Shown here: positions 8,130 to 17,711 of the stretch, one piece after another | How positions within the stretch are numbered: position 1 is the stretch's first letter | Layout: each line of letters begins with the position of its first letter | NCBI RefSeq assembly: GCF_900167395.1 | Contig: NZ_FUWK01000002.1 | Location: 90,001-122,000 of the forward strand | From: Nitrosomonas europaea | GTDB lineage: Bacteria > Pseudomonadota > Gammaproteobacteria > Burkholderiales > Nitrosomonadaceae | Length of the DNA: 32,000 bases | Direction of reading: 5' to 3' | Notes under the pieces: model-generated | Databases searched by the model: none | What the model saw: the letters and a program-made list of their open reading frames with translations, nothing else | Told to the model about the DNA's origin: nothing | Position numbers and translations under genes: made by a program

Positions 8130-8158
8130 AAAAAAAGAATGTGACAAATTGTCGCACC
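8130..8158 (-). terminator. Weak terminator- or attenuator-like hairpin followed by a U7 tract, upstream of the receptor promoter
   Basis: The minus-strand RNA reads GGUGCGACAAUUUGUCACAUUC followed by UUUUUUU (rc of A-run 8130-8136). The stem is 4 bp, one C.A mismatch, 2 more bp and 2 G.U pairs, so it is AU-rich and weak. The same DNA carries the palindrome GACAAATTGTC (8143-8153), which could instead be an operator. Confidence 0.3.
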
Positions 8159-8523
8159 GGATCCCAGCAATCACGGCACTTAGATCTGAAGTAAATCTGG
8201 AAACCATCATGGTCGATGGTCGATTGCCGCGTTTATAACGCGTTGACCATACTTCTGAGTATCTCGAAGTATCAAAGATGATTCCGGGGATTGCAGTACA
8301 ACAGTAATTTCTGTGGAATCATGGACGTCATAATACCTGCCCTGTCAGGTATTGAACGGGCACACCATATCTGCAAAACCGGCCTTGTTCCCGGAATGCA
8401 TTAAAATTGCGTGTGACGAGAGGAGATATGAATCCGGTTGATCCAGATGATCGTATCAGCGTGCAGGAAGATACTGTCAGGGCTCACGCCCGCTTCCCGA
8501 TCTCCGGGCAAGAATACTGCCGT

Positions 8524-8964
8524 CTATTTGCGGTGCGGACAATTTTCCTTGGTGCAATCAGCGTACAGTGACAGGGAATGCTCCTGCAATACGAATCCAC
8601 GCTCCTTGGCAATTCTTGCCTGGCGTTTCTCGATTTCCGGATCATAAAACTCTTCCACCCGGCCACATTGCAGACATACCAGATGGTCGTGGTGGTTATC
8701 GCTCGCCAGTTCGAATACTGCCTTGCCACTTTCGAAATGGTGGCGTTCGAGCAGGCCGGCCTGTTCAAACTGGGTCAACACGCGGTAAACCGTTGCCAGA
8801 CCGATATCTTCCCCTCCATTGAGCAGTTCTTTATATACATCTTCCGCCGAGAGGTGACGAATCAAACTGTTCTCGAACAAATTCAGTATTTTCAGACGCG
8901 GGAGAGTCGTCTTCAATCCCATCGTTTTAAGATCTATATTCTTCAAATTTTCCGATTTCTTCAT
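8524..8964 (-). CDS. fur: Ferric uptake regulator Fur
   Basis: 146-aa ORF with [31 protein letters not shown], the HHDHLVC..CG...E metal-binding motifs and a C-terminal C..ENC pair. Confidence 0.95.
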   Translation of the reverse strand: MKKSENLKNIDLKTMGLKTTLPRLKILNLFENSLIRHLSAEDVYKELLNGGEDIGLATVYRVLTQFEQAGLLERHHFESGKAVFELASDNHHDHLVCLQCGRVEEFYDPEIEKRQARIAKERGFVLQEHSLSLYADCTKENCPHRK

Positions 8965-9176
8965 AGGTTATTTATCCAGAAATATTTGCTGTATCTATGA
9001 GACAATTACGACGCTTTAGCCTCCATCATAATTTCCTTTTGATCCGAGGAAACCTCGCTACTCGCCATAAAGATACGTATTATTACAGTCATTTTCGTTT
9101 ACACTTTACCCCGCTCCGGGAGAGCTGACCGTCCATAGTATCCTATCCCGGGCGGATTGAAAAATATTGATCTGGT

Positions 9177-9671
9177 ATGCATGCATTTTTCCCACGACTG
9201 TTACTTCTGTTGCTGTTTCTTCCTCTGACACACTGCACCTATCTTCCTTCACTGCCCTACAAAATCGATATCCAGCAGGGTAATGTCGTAACGGATGAAA
9301 TGGTGGCAAAACTGAAGCCTGGAATGACTCGCTCCCAGGTTCGATTCACACTGGGTACACCGCTGGTGATGGATATATTCCATGGTGACCGGTGGGATTA
9401 TATCTATCGCACTGCACCGGGTGGTCGAGTCGCTGAAGAAAAGAAACTGACCGTTTTCTTCCAGGATGACCGGTTATCACACATTCAGGGAGATTTTCCG
9501 CAACCGCCGGCTTTCAGCGAGAGTGAGCCTGCTCAGAACTTCTTTTCTCCCGAACAAACATTTACCCCTGCCCCGGATACCGACAGCAATATGAATGAAG
9601 AACCGGACAAAAAAGGGACGGTCAACTTCCTCAAAGAAAACCAGACAAATTTTTACAAGGATAATCAATGA
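9177..9671 (+). CDS. bamE: Outer-membrane protein assembly factor BamE (SmpA/OmlA lipoprotein)
   Basis: 164-aa ORF with a hydrophobic signal ending LTHC, then [50 protein letters not shown], which is the SmpA/OmlA signature. It is divergent from fur, as in many beta- and gammaproteobacteria. Confidence 0.9.
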   Translation: MHAFFPRLLLLLLFLPLTHCTYLPSLPYKIDIQQGNVVTDEMVAKLKPGMTRSQVRFTLGTPLVMDIFHGDRWDYIYRTAPGGRVAEEKKLTVFFQDDRLSHIQGDFPQPPAFSESEPAQNFFSPEQTFTPAPDTDSNMNEEPDKKGTVNFLKENQTNFYKDNQ

Positions 9672-10474
9672 CGCCGTTAAACATAGCCGTTGCCGGAAGT
9701 ACCGGCCGCATGGGTCGGGCAATCATGGAAACCATTGCAGAAGCAGACGATCTGCGATTATCCGCAGCACTCGAGCAACCGGGCAATCCGTATCTGTCAC
9801 AAGATGCGGGCAGCCTGACCGGAACACCTCCGGGAGTCGCCATCAGCAGTGATTATGTCTCTGCACTGGCTGGCAGCGATATACTGGTCGACTTCACGCG
9901 CCCTGCCGGCACGCTGTCACACCTTGCCACATGTCGTAAACTGGGTGTCAGAATGGTGATCGGCACTACCGGATTTTCACCGGAAGAAAAAGACATCATT
10001 CGTAATGCCGCCCAAGACATCGCCATCGTACTGGCTCCCAACATGAGTGTGGGAGTCAACCTGCTGTTCAGATTGCTCGAAGTAGCCGCAAAAGCATTGC
10101 CGGAAGGCTACGATGTCGAAATCATCGAAGCACATCATCGTCATAAGGTCGATGCTCCCTCCGGAACGGCCCTGCGCATGGGTGAAGTAATCGCCCAGGC
10201 CCAGAGCAGGGACCTTGAGAAAGTTGCGATTTACGGCCGTGAAGGCAATACCGGTGAACGCCGTGCAGATACCATCGGATTCTCGACCATACGTGGCGGA
10301 GATATCGTAGGCGACCACACGGCATTATTCGCCGGAATCGGTGAACGCCTGGAAATCACTCATAAAGCCAGCAGCCGTAAAACATTTGCTGCCGGGGCAC
10401 TGCATGCAGCACGTTTTCTCATGACCAGGAAATCCGGATTGTTCGATATGCAGGATGTATTGGGGCTGCGCTGA
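9668..10474 (+). CDS. dapB: 4-hydroxy-tetrahydrodipicolinate reductase
   Basis: 268-aa ORF with [13 protein letters not shown] (Rossmann motif), [15 protein letters not shown] and [10 protein letters not shown]. Its ATG overlaps the bamE stop (ATGA at 9668-9671). Confidence 0.97.
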   Translation: MTPLNIAVAGSTGRMGRAIMETIAEADDLRLSAALEQPGNPYLSQDAGSLTGTPPGVAISSDYVSALAGSDILVDFTRPAGTLSHLATCRKLGVRMVIGTTGFSPEEKDIIRNAAQDIAIVLAPNMSVGVNLLFRLLEVAAKALPEGYDVEIIEAHHRHKVDAPSGTALRMGEVIAQAQSRDLEKVAIYGREGNTGERRADTIGFSTIRGGDIVGDHTALFAGIGERLEITHKASSRKTFAAGALHAARFLMTRKSGLFDMQDVLGLR

Positions 10475-10480
10475 CTTTCA

Positions 10481-11287
10481 ATGGCGACCTATGCAATCGG
10501 TGATCTGCAGGGCTGCCACCGGCATTTTCTCGAACTGCTCGACCTGATCGGCTTCAACGCTACCCGCGACAGACTGTGGCTGGTCGGTGACATCGTCAAC
10601 CGCGGACCGGATTCGCTTTCATTGCTGCGTACCTTGATAGAACTGGGTGACGCCGTCACAATGGTACTCGGCAACCATGATCTCCACCTTCTGGCTGTAG
10701 CAGCAGGCTCCATCCGGCAACAACACGGAGACACTCTGCAACCGGTTCTGGAAGCGTCCGACAGCAGCAGGCTGCTCGATTGGCTACGGCATCAGCAACT
10801 GTTTCATCACGAAGATGAATATGTACTGGTTCACGCTGGCCTGTTACCGAACTGGAGCATCGAGCAGGCGCAAATCCTGGCGCAGGAAGTCGAAACAATC
10901 ATTCGCGGCGACCGATTTCAGACATTTTCCCGTTCAATGTATGGCAATGTGCCTGATCACTGGCATGACCGGCTGCAGGGAGAAGATCGCTGGCGAGTCA
11001 TCATCAATGCCATGACACGCATGCGCGTCTGCTCGCCGGAAGGCAGAATGAATTTTTCCTGCAAGGGTGAATTGTCATCTGTTCCGGACGGCCTGCTTCC
11101 CTGGTTCGAGATTCCCTGGCGAGCCAGCAAGGATACGACGATCGTCTTCGGACACTGGTCAGCGCTGGGATTACATCTGACACCCAACCTCATTGCCTTG
11201 GATACGGGCTGTGTCTGGCAAGGCTGTCTTACATCCGTTCGGCTGGAAGATCGGAAAGTGTTTCAGGTACCGTGCGTACGACATTGA
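10481..11287 (+). CDS. apaH: Bis(5'-nucleosyl)-tetraphosphatase (symmetrical) ApaH
   Basis: 268-aa ORF with the metallophosphoesterase motifs GDLQGC, GDIVNRGPDS and GNHD. The C-terminus CLTSVRLEDRKVFQVP resembles the E. coli ApaH tail. It starts 6 nt after dapB. Confidence 0.95.
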   Translation: MATYAIGDLQGCHRHFLELLDLIGFNATRDRLWLVGDIVNRGPDSLSLLRTLIELGDAVTMVLGNHDLHLLAVAAGSIRQQHGDTLQPVLEASDSSRLLDWLRHQQLFHHEDEYVLVHAGLLPNWSIEQAQILAQEVETIIRGDRFQTFSRSMYGNVPDHWHDRLQGEDRWRVIINAMTRMRVCSPEGRMNFSCKGELSSVPDGLLPWFEIPWRASKDTTIVFGHWSALGLHLTPNLIALDTGCVWQGCLTSVRLEDRKVFQVPCVRH

Positions 11288-12032
11288 GTGACAGGGTCTG
11301 CGCAATGGCTTTTTCTGCCAGACGCGCCAGCTCGCGCCGGTTTCTGCCCGCTCCCGGAATGGGTTCCCTGAAAATCAGTTCCACCTGAATCTCCGGCTCT
11401 GCCAATATCTGCATCAGGGATTGCAGTATCGTCACGCTGACATAGGCAACACTCGAATTCCGCGAACCATCACGGTTACGGTAACGGATTGCAACCGGAT
11501 AAAGCAATGTTTCAGCTGTTACGGCAGATTGCAGCAGGGAAGCATGAAAATGCTGGAGCACATCTCCATCACCGGTCGTACCCTCAGGGAATATCACGAC
11601 CGAGCGTCCGTCTTTCAGAATACTGCTTATCTGCTGATTGATCCGTAACGTATCCCCGCGTTTCTCACGTTCGATGAACAGGGTTCCGGCATTGCGACAT
11701 AACTGACCCAGTATCGGCCAGGTGCCGATTTCTGCCTTGGCAACGAAATGCACCGGATATACCGCCAGAATGACCATGATATCCAGCCATGAGATGTGAT
11801 TGGCTACAAAAACTACCCCTTGCCGGCCACAAACAGGCAACACACCACCGGGGCACAACTTCACTTTGAGAATCCGAAGAAATTTTTGTGCCCAGTTACA
11901 GGCCATTCGGTTTTGCCTGGCTGTACTGATGTATGGCAAGGCAAACGATTGCAGTAATCCAGAAGCGATATGCAGGATCAACCTGATGAACCGGATACTT
12001 CTGGTTAACCTGTTAACTCCGGTTGCGGCCAT
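11229..12032 (-). CDS. Lysophospholipid (1-acyl-sn-glycerol-3-phosphate, PlsC-family) acyltransferase
   Basis: 267-aa ORF with the HX4D motif NHISWLD, block III FPEGTT and an N-terminal hydrophobic anchor. Its 3' end overlaps the apaH 3' end by 59 nt. Confidence 0.85.
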   Translation of the reverse strand: MAATGVNRLTRSIRFIRLILHIASGLLQSFALPYISTARQNRMACNWAQKFLRILKVKLCPGGVLPVCGRQGVVFVANHISWLDIMVILAVYPVHFVAKAEIGTWPILGQLCRNAGTLFIEREKRGDTLRINQQISSILKDGRSVVIFPEGTTGDGDVLQHFHASLLQSAVTAETLLYPVAIRYRNRDGSRNSSVAYVSVTILQSLMQILAEPEIQVELIFREPIPGAGRNRRELARLAEKAIAQTLSLNVVRTVPETLSDLPAERM

Positions 12033-12133
12033 GGTGGATAGCAGAACGTCGATCCGATAAAAATTTGATTTGACAGGTCTACTCTATGGCGCCGGATCAG
12101 AACCGATACCTGTTTATCTGGTGGATTACAGAT

Positions 12134-12163
12134 ATTCCCGGCAACAAGGCTACTGCCGGGAAT
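12134..12163 (-). terminator. Perfect 10-bp hairpin just downstream of the PfkB kinase gene (likely end of the gcv operon)
   Basis: ATTCCCGGCA (12134-12143), a 10-nt loop, then TGCCGGGAAT (12154-12163). It begins 9 nt after stop 12172. There is no clear U-tract. Confidence 0.4.
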
Positions 12164-12171
12164 AATGCAGG

Positions 12172-13107
12172 CTAGAGTATACGACAGCCAAAAGCTTCAA
12201 AGTAGCGCTGGCCAATCTCATCACGCTGATATTGATGATTCTGACCGCCACGATGAGCTATTTTCAATGTGCCCATGAGTGATGCAAGTTGCCCGGTCGT
12301 CTGCCAATCCATATCCTGAGCAATGCCATAAAGCAATCCGGCACGATAGGCATCTCCGCAACCGGTTGGATCGACAACTTTCTGCGGGCGAACAGCAGGG
12401 ATCTGAAACTGCTTGCCTTGGGCATGGATCACCGAACCTTCCGCCCCTTTGGTCTCGATAAGCGCCTTGACCCGGGTAGCCAGCTCGCTCAATTTATAGC
12501 CTGTGACTGACTGTAACAGCTGAGCTTCATAATCATTGACCGCTATATAATCTGCCATGTCAATGAAATCAGTCAGTTCATTGCCACTGAACATCGGCAT
12601 ACCCTGGCCCGGGTCAAATATGAAAGGAATACCGGCTTCATGAAATTCCCGGGCGTGAGTAAGCATCCCATCCCGGCCATCCGGAGCAATGATACCAAGA
12701 CTGACATCGATAGCATCTTTCACACTGTTCTGATGGGAGAAATTCATTGCGCCAGGATGAAAAGCAGTGATCTGATTATCATCCAGATCCGTAGTAATGA
12801 ATGCCTGTGCCGTGAAGGTATCCTGTATCCGACGGATATGTGTCTGTGCCAGCCCAAGCTTTTCCAGTCTGTAGGTATAGGGTTGGAAATCATCCCCGAC
12901 CGTTGCCATTATCAACGGTTTGCCCTCCAGCATCTTCAGGTTGTAGGCGATATTTGCCGCGCAACCGCCAAACTCCCGTCGCATTTCCGGCACCAGAAAC
13001 GCGACGTTCAGAACATGGATCTTGTCTGGCAGGATATGGCGTTTGAAACGATCTTCAAACACCATGATCGTGTCATAGGCGATGGAACCACAGATCAGTG
13101 TATGCAT
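12172..13107 (-). CDS. PfkB-family carbohydrate/nucleoside kinase (adenosine-kinase-like)
   Basis: I call the start at ATG 13107 (MHTLICGSIAYD...) rather than the track start at 13161, which would overlap gcvPB by 53 nt. PfkB signature 2 is present (DPTGCGDAYRAG), with GGCAANIAYN near the N-terminus. The ATG lies 1 nt after the gcvPB stop (TGAtATG). Confidence 0.85.
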   Translation of the reverse strand: MHTLICGSIAYDTIMVFEDRFKRHILPDKIHVLNVAFLVPEMRREFGGCAANIAYNLKMLEGKPLIMATVGDDFQPYTYRLEKLGLAQTHIRRIQDTFTAQAFITTDLDDNQITAFHPGAMNFSHQNSVKDAIDVSLGIIAPDGRDGMLTHAREFHEAGIPFIFDPGQGMPMFSGNELTDFIDMADYIAVNDYEAQLLQSVTGYKLSELATRVKALIETKGAEGSVIHAQGKQFQIPAVRPQKVVDPTGCGDAYRAGLLYGIAQDMDWQTTGQLASLMGTLKIAHRGGQNHQYQRDEIGQRYFEAFGCRIL

Positions 13108-13108
13108 A

Positions 13109-14560
13109 TCAGCCCGCCGGATCCCAGACCAGGTCGAGCTCACGGGCAGCCTTGACATCATCGATTTTCCGCAGGGGCATATCGTGTGGAGCGGCCTTGA
13201 CCATATCCGGCTGGGTGGCTATCTCATCCAGAATCTCCTTCATTGCAGCAACAAAGCGATCCAGTGTTTCCTTGGATTCGGTTTCAGCCGGCTCGATCAG
13301 CAGGCATTCTGGTACCAGCAAAGGAAAATACGTGGTAGGTGCATGAAAACCTTTATCCAGCAGACGCTTGGCAAGATTCATGGCAGTTACCCCGGTTCTG
13401 TCTTTGATCTCTTTCATCGTGACGATGAATTCATGACTGGCACGGCGATTGGGATAAGCAATCTCGAAACCCAGTTTGCGCAACTCAGCCATCAGATAAT
13501 TGGCATTGAGTGTTGCATACTCGGAAATGCGGTGCATCCCTTCCGCCCCCAGCAATCTGACGTAGATATAGGCACGCAGCAATACTCCGGCATTACCCAT
13601 GTGAGCGGATAAACGCCCGATAGTTTGAGGACGATCTTCCTCGGTCAGCCAGCGGTAAACCCCTTGCTCATGTGCCACGATCGGTACTGGCAGATAGGGC
13701 AGCAGGCGTTCAGCCACACCGACGGGTGCTGCACCTGGCCCACCACCGCCATGAGGAGTCGAGAAAGTCTTGTGCAGATTCATGTGGATGACATCGAACC
13801 CCATATCACCCGGCTTGACTTTACCCAGCACCGCATTGAGGTTGGCACCATCGTAGTACAGCAAACCACCTGCTGCATGTACGATCCGGCTCATTTCCGC
13901 TACTTTCTTCTCGAATACACCCAGTGTGGAAGGATTGGTCAGCATCAGACCAGCCGTTTTGGGACCAACGGCTGCTTTCAGTGCATCCATATCCACGTCA
14001 CCATCGCGATTCGTGGGAATCTCGATGACTTTGTAACCGCACATGACAGCAGTAGCAGGGTTGGTACCGTGTGCGGCATCCGGAATAATGATTTCGGTAC
14101 GTCCGGTATCGCCATGTGCTTCATGATATGCACGAATCATCGTAATACCGATCAGTTCACCCTGCGCACCCGCCATTGAAGTCAGGCTGACCGCTGCCAT
14201 ACCCGTGATGTCCTTCAAAATCTCCTGCAGCTCATACATACAGGCCAGAAATCCCTGGCCTGTATCTTCAGGTGCCAGCGGGTGACGTGACAGGAATTGC
14301 GGCAGCATAGCCAGTGAATTACAGGCACGCGGGTTGTATTTCATGGTGCAGGAACCGAGCGGATAAAACTCTGTATCTATCGAGAAATTTTTCTGAGACA
14401 GGCGGGTATAGTGGCGTACCGTGTCCATTTCAGAAACTTCGGGCAACAGGGGGGTAGATTTACGCTTCAGATGATCCGGAATATTGTTTTTGGCTGGCCG
14501 GGTTGCCGGAGCCTGAGAATAATTCCGACGATTCTTGCGGGAATGTTCGAATATCAGCAT
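13109..14560 (-). CDS. gcvPB: Glycine dehydrogenase (decarboxylating) subunit 2 (P-protein C-terminal half)
   Basis: 483-aa ORF starting MLIFEHS, with GSCTMKYNP and the PLP-lysine region [16 protein letters not shown]. Confidence 0.97.
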   Translation of the reverse strand: MLIFEHSRKNRRNYSQAPATRPAKNNIPDHLKRKSTPLLPEVSEMDTVRHYTRLSQKNFSIDTEFYPLGSCTMKYNPRACNSLAMLPQFLSRHPLAPEDTGQGFLACMYELQEILKDITGMAAVSLTSMAGAQGELIGITMIRAYHEAHGDTGRTEIIIPDAAHGTNPATAVMCGYKVIEIPTNRDGDVDMDALKAAVGPKTAGLMLTNPSTLGVFEKKVAEMSRIVHAAGGLLYYDGANLNAVLGKVKPGDMGFDVIHMNLHKTFSTPHGGGGPGAAPVGVAERLLPYLPVPIVAHEQGVYRWLTEEDRPQTIGRLSAHMGNAGVLLRAYIYVRLLGAEGMHRISEYATLNANYLMAELRKLGFEIAYPNRRASHEFIVTMKEIKDRTGVTAMNLAKRLLDKGFHAPTTYFPLLVPECLLIEPAETESKETLDRFVAAMKEILDEIATQPDMVKAAPHDMPLRKIDDVKAARELDLVWDPAG

Positions 14561-14629
14561 GTTTTATCTTATATTGGTGAAATTGGTGTGCAGTACACGT
14601 AGTACAGCTCTATATCCGGCTTATCTGTC

Positions 14630-15991
14630 TCAGGCACTGGCCGCCAGTGCCTGCCGCAGCACTTCAGTGTATTTATCCAGATCCTCAGCCGTTTTGGTTT
14701 CCGTTGCGCAAACCAGCAATGTGTTCTTCAAATCCGGATAGTGATTTTCAAGCAGCACGCCGCCCAGTACACCTTGTGCTTTGAGTCTGTTCAGGACTTT
14801 ATCAGCTGGTACGGATAACTGAAGGGCTGCCTCGTGGAAGAACGGACTGTGGAATGCCTTTTTCACACCCGGTAATTTTTCCAGCTGTTCTACCAGCGCC
14901 ACTGTGTTTGCATGAGAATGAGCAGCCACCCGATACAATCCCTCCGGTCCCAGCAGTGACATATAGATCGTAGCCGCCGTCACCATCAACCCCTGATTGG
15001 TACAGATGTTGGAAGTTGCTTTCGAACGGCGGATATGTTGCTCCCTGGCCTGTAACGTCAGGGCAAAACCTTCCTTACCTTCCAGATCGGTAGTCCGCCC
15101 GATGATACGCCCCGGCATCTGCCGTACCAGCTCCTGTTTGCAGGTCATGAATCCGAAGTATGGCCCACCACTGGAAAGTGGGATCCCCAAAGGCTGACCT
15201 TCACCGACAGCGATATCTGCTCCCCGACGTCCCCATTCTCCTGGTGGTTTCAGCATGGCAAGTGAAGTCGGGTTGACCACCGCGACTGCCAGGGATTGCT
15301 TGTCGTGTGCCCAATCGGTCAGTGCATCGACCTGTTCAAGCACACCGAAAAAATTGGGTTGAGGAATGATCAGTGCAGCAAATTCTTCCTGTGCAAACTG
15401 ATCGAGCTTATCGATGGCCACCTGTCCGGTTGCGGGATCATAAGGAACTTCGACCACTTCGATTGCCTGATTTCTGACAATGGTGCGCATCACACTGCGG
15501 TAAACCGGATGCACAGTCTGAGGAACCAGAATGCGTCTGGAGGTCCTGTGCTGGCGCACCGCCATCAGAGCTGCCTCAGCCAGCGCTGATGCGCCGTCAT
15601 ACAGGCTGGCGTTGGATACATCCATTCCGGCCAGTGAAGCCATCATGGTCTGGTATTCGTACAATAACTGCAATGTACCCTGGCTGGCTTCTGCCTGATA
15701 AGGCGTATAGGAAGAATAAAACTCACCTCGCGTCGTTATCTGCCAGACTGCGGCCGGAATATGGTGTTCATAGGCACCTGCACCGATAAAACTGAGATAA
15801 AACCCGTCTTGCTGTGCACGTTCGTACATGAGACGTGAAATTTCCATTTCACTCAAACCGGGTGGTACCTGAGTCAATTTTCCGGTCTTGAGCTCGGCGG
15901 GAATTTCATCGAATAATTCATCGATCGACCTGGCACCGATGCTGGTGAGCATCTCGGCCACGTCTTCTTCTGTATGGGGAATAAAGGGCAT
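14630..15991 (-). CDS. gcvPA: Glycine dehydrogenase (decarboxylating) subunit 1 (P-protein N-terminal half)
   Basis: 453-aa ORF starting [10 protein letters not shown], with [27 protein letters not shown] and SNICTNQGL. Confidence 0.97.
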   Translation of the reverse strand: MPFIPHTEEDVAEMLTSIGARSIDELFDEIPAELKTGKLTQVPPGLSEMEISRLMYERAQQDGFYLSFIGAGAYEHHIPAAVWQITTRGEFYSSYTPYQAEASQGTLQLLYEYQTMMASLAGMDVSNASLYDGASALAEAALMAVRQHRTSRRILVPQTVHPVYRSVMRTIVRNQAIEVVEVPYDPATGQVAIDKLDQFAQEEFAALIIPQPNFFGVLEQVDALTDWAHDKQSLAVAVVNPTSLAMLKPPGEWGRRGADIAVGEGQPLGIPLSSGGPYFGFMTCKQELVRQMPGRIIGRTTDLEGKEGFALTLQAREQHIRRSKATSNICTNQGLMVTAATIYMSLLGPEGLYRVAAHSHANTVALVEQLEKLPGVKKAFHSPFFHEAALQLSVPADKVLNRLKAQGVLGGVLLENHYPDLKNTLLVCATETKTAEDLDKYTEVLRQALAASA

Positions 15992-16035
15992 GATTGGCTG
16001 TAATTTATTCAGAAAAACTCATAAAAATGATGATT

Positions 16036-16055
16036 GCTGCGGCCAGGCCGCAAGC
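16036..16055 (-). terminator. GC-rich intra-operon hairpin between gcvH and gcvPA (possible partial terminator or processing site)
   Basis: GCTGCGGC / GCCGC(A)AGC forms 8 bp with one bulge and a 3-nt loop. It starts 5 nt after the gcvH stop. On the minus strand it is followed by AAUCAUCAUUUUUAUGAGUUUUU. Confidence 0.3.
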
Positions 16056-16059
16056 ATCC

Positions 16060-16449
16060 TCAATGCGCTTCGCTATCCAGCAGTTTCTGATATCCGCCGG
16101 CATCGAGCAGACCATCCACTTCACCAGCATTGGCCGGTTTGAGCTTGAACAGCCAGGCTGCGTAGCAATCCTCGTTTATTTTTTCCGGAGATGTTTCCAC
16201 TTCAGAGTTGACTGCAATGACTTCTCCACCCAGTGGCGCATAAATATCCGATGCTGCCTTGACCGACTCCACCACAGCGCAATCTTCACGCTGTGCCAGC
16301 GCGCGCCCGACATCGGGCAACTGAACGAATACCATGTCCCCCAGTAATTCCTGGGCATGCTGGGTAATTCCTACCGTGACACTGCCATCTGCTTCCAATC
16401 TGACCCATTCGTGTGATTCTGTATATTTCAGTTCTGCCGGAACGCTCAT
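16060..16449 (-). CDS. gcvH: Glycine cleavage system H protein (lipoyl carrier)
   Basis: 129-aa ORF with YTESHEWV and the lipoyl-lysine motif [21 protein letters not shown] upstream. Confidence 0.97.
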   Translation of the reverse strand: MSVPAELKYTESHEWVRLEADGSVTVGITQHAQELLGDMVFVQLPDVGRALAQREDCAVVESVKAASDIYAPLGGEVIAVNSEVETSPEKINEDCYAAWLFKLKPANAGEVDGLLDAGGYQKLLDSEAH

Positions 16450-16521
16450 TTACCTGTACTCCCCAAACTTAAAGTTTAAAAAATTCAATAATCCTGTATC
16501 TGTTGTCATTTCGGCAAACAA

Positions 16522-17613
16522 TCAGACCAGTGCCTGACCATTGCGAACAAACGGATATTTGACGACTTTTGCCGCAAGCTGTTTATCCCGCACGACGACA
16601 TGTACCTGCTCACCAGCAGCGATGCCTGCAGGAATACGCGCCAGCGCAATCGACTGGTTCAACGTTGGGGAAAACCCGCCACTGGTAATCTCTCCTTCTC
16701 CTGCTTCACCTTCCTGCCGTGTAATGACTTTCTGATGATTACGCAGTACTCCTTTATCCAGCAATACCAGGCCAACCAGCTGCCGATTGACCGGCGTTTC
16801 CAGCAGTGTCTGTTTACCGGTGAAGTCACGCTCGCTTTTCAGATCCACAGTCCATGCAAGCCCTGATTCAAGCGGGTTGACGGTCTCGTCCATATCCTGG
16901 CCATAAAGATTCATACCTGCTTCCAGGCGCAGGGTATCACGTGCACCCAGTCCGGCCGGAGCAACACCCGCTGCATGCAGTTTTTGCCAGAAATCAGCAG
17001 CCTGGCCGGCGGGTAACGTGATTTCAAAACCATCCTCACCGGTATAACCGGTACGTGCGATGAAATAGTCACCCAGCATCACAGACTGAAATGGTTTCAG
17101 GTTTTCTGAAATCGCCTGGGAATCAGGAATGACATTCCAGACTTTCGTACGCGCATTGGGTCCCTGTACTGCGATCATGGCAAGATCACGACGCGGGGTA
17201 ATGGTCAGAGCGGGAGCAAGCTGGCGGGATTGCCCGGTGATCCAGTCGATATCCTTATCAGCCGTACCGGCATTGACTACCAGACGGAACCAGGACTCGG
17301 ACAGGAAGTAAATGATCAGATCGTCGATGATTCCACCTGTGGGGGTCAGCATGCAGGTGTAGAGCGCTTTGCCCGGGAGGGTCAGTTTATCGACATTGTT
17401 GGCCACCAGTCCTCGCAGAAACTGGCGTACGTTTTCGCCGTGAATATCGACGGTCAACATATGAGACACATCGAACATACCGGCATCACGCCTGACAGAG
17501 TGGTGCTCATCCAGTTGGGAGCCATAGTGCAGGGGCATATCCCAGCCGCCAAAATCGACCATTTTGGCATTCATGGCCCGGTGCGCCGCATTCAAAGGGG
17601 TTGTCTTCAGCAT
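16522..17613 (-). CDS. gcvT: Glycine cleavage system aminomethyltransferase T protein
   Basis: I call the start at ATG 17613 ([11 protein letters not shown]...), preceded by GAGAG. The track start at 17700 would run into the riboswitch leader. Motifs present: [35 protein letters not shown]. Confidence 0.95.
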   Translation of the reverse strand: MLKTTPLNAAHRAMNAKMVDFGGWDMPLHYGSQLDEHHSVRRDAGMFDVSHMLTVDIHGENVRQFLRGLVANNVDKLTLPGKALYTCMLTPTGGIIDDLIIYFLSESWFRLVVNAGTADKDIDWITGQSRQLAPALTITPRRDLAMIAVQGPNARTKVWNVIPDSQAISENLKPFQSVMLGDYFIARTGYTGEDGFEITLPAGQAADFWQKLHAAGVAPAGLGARDTLRLEAGMNLYGQDMDETVNPLESGLAWTVDLKSERDFTGKQTLLETPVNRQLVGLVLLDKGVLRNHQKVITRQEGEAGEGEITSGGFSPTLNQSIALARIPAGIAAGEQVHVVVRDKQLAAKVVKYPFVRNGQALV

Positions 17614-17711
17614 CTGTTTTCTCTCAAAAGTAAAAAGGAAGTTTTTTATCTGTACTGCCCTACATTCGCCCGCTACCACTTGTGCTCGCGAAGCAGCCAA
17701 CAGATATCAAC

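Noticed and set aside
8069-8523. Possible cobalamin or other known riboswitch in the long leader of the TonB-dependent receptor
   Set aside because: I read the minus strand for a B12-box-like core and other riboswitch cores I know and found none. The region is retained only as an unexplained structured spacer (see findings).
8428-8574. 48-codon plus-strand ORF ([47 protein letters not shown]) preceded by GAGAGGAG
   Set aside because: The SD-to-ATG spacing is only about 2-4 nt. The ORF runs antisense into the fur 3' end, and the peptide has no signal, TM or known motif. It could only be rescued by expression or conservation data.
9078-9096. Fur-box-like 19-mer in the fur/bamE divergent region
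   Set aside because: By hand alignment it matches the E. coli consensus GATAATGATAATCATTATC at only 12 of 19 positions. The best candidate upstream of the receptor (around 8135-8153) matches 11 of 19. Both are too weak to call without a position weight matrix for this lineage.
13108-13161. 18-codon N-terminal extension of the PfkB kinase, using the track start at 13161
   Set aside because: It would overlap gcvPB by 53 nt. PfkB kinases normally start a few residues before the first beta-strand (MHTLICGSIAYD). The TGAtATG junction is a classic coupling arrangement.
17614-17700. 29-codon N-terminal extension of gcvT, using the track start at 17700
   Set aside because: The extension ([29 protein letters not shown]) would be translated from the riboswitch expression platform. 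Canonical GcvT begins near MLKTTPLN, and a GAGAG SD precedes ATG 17613.
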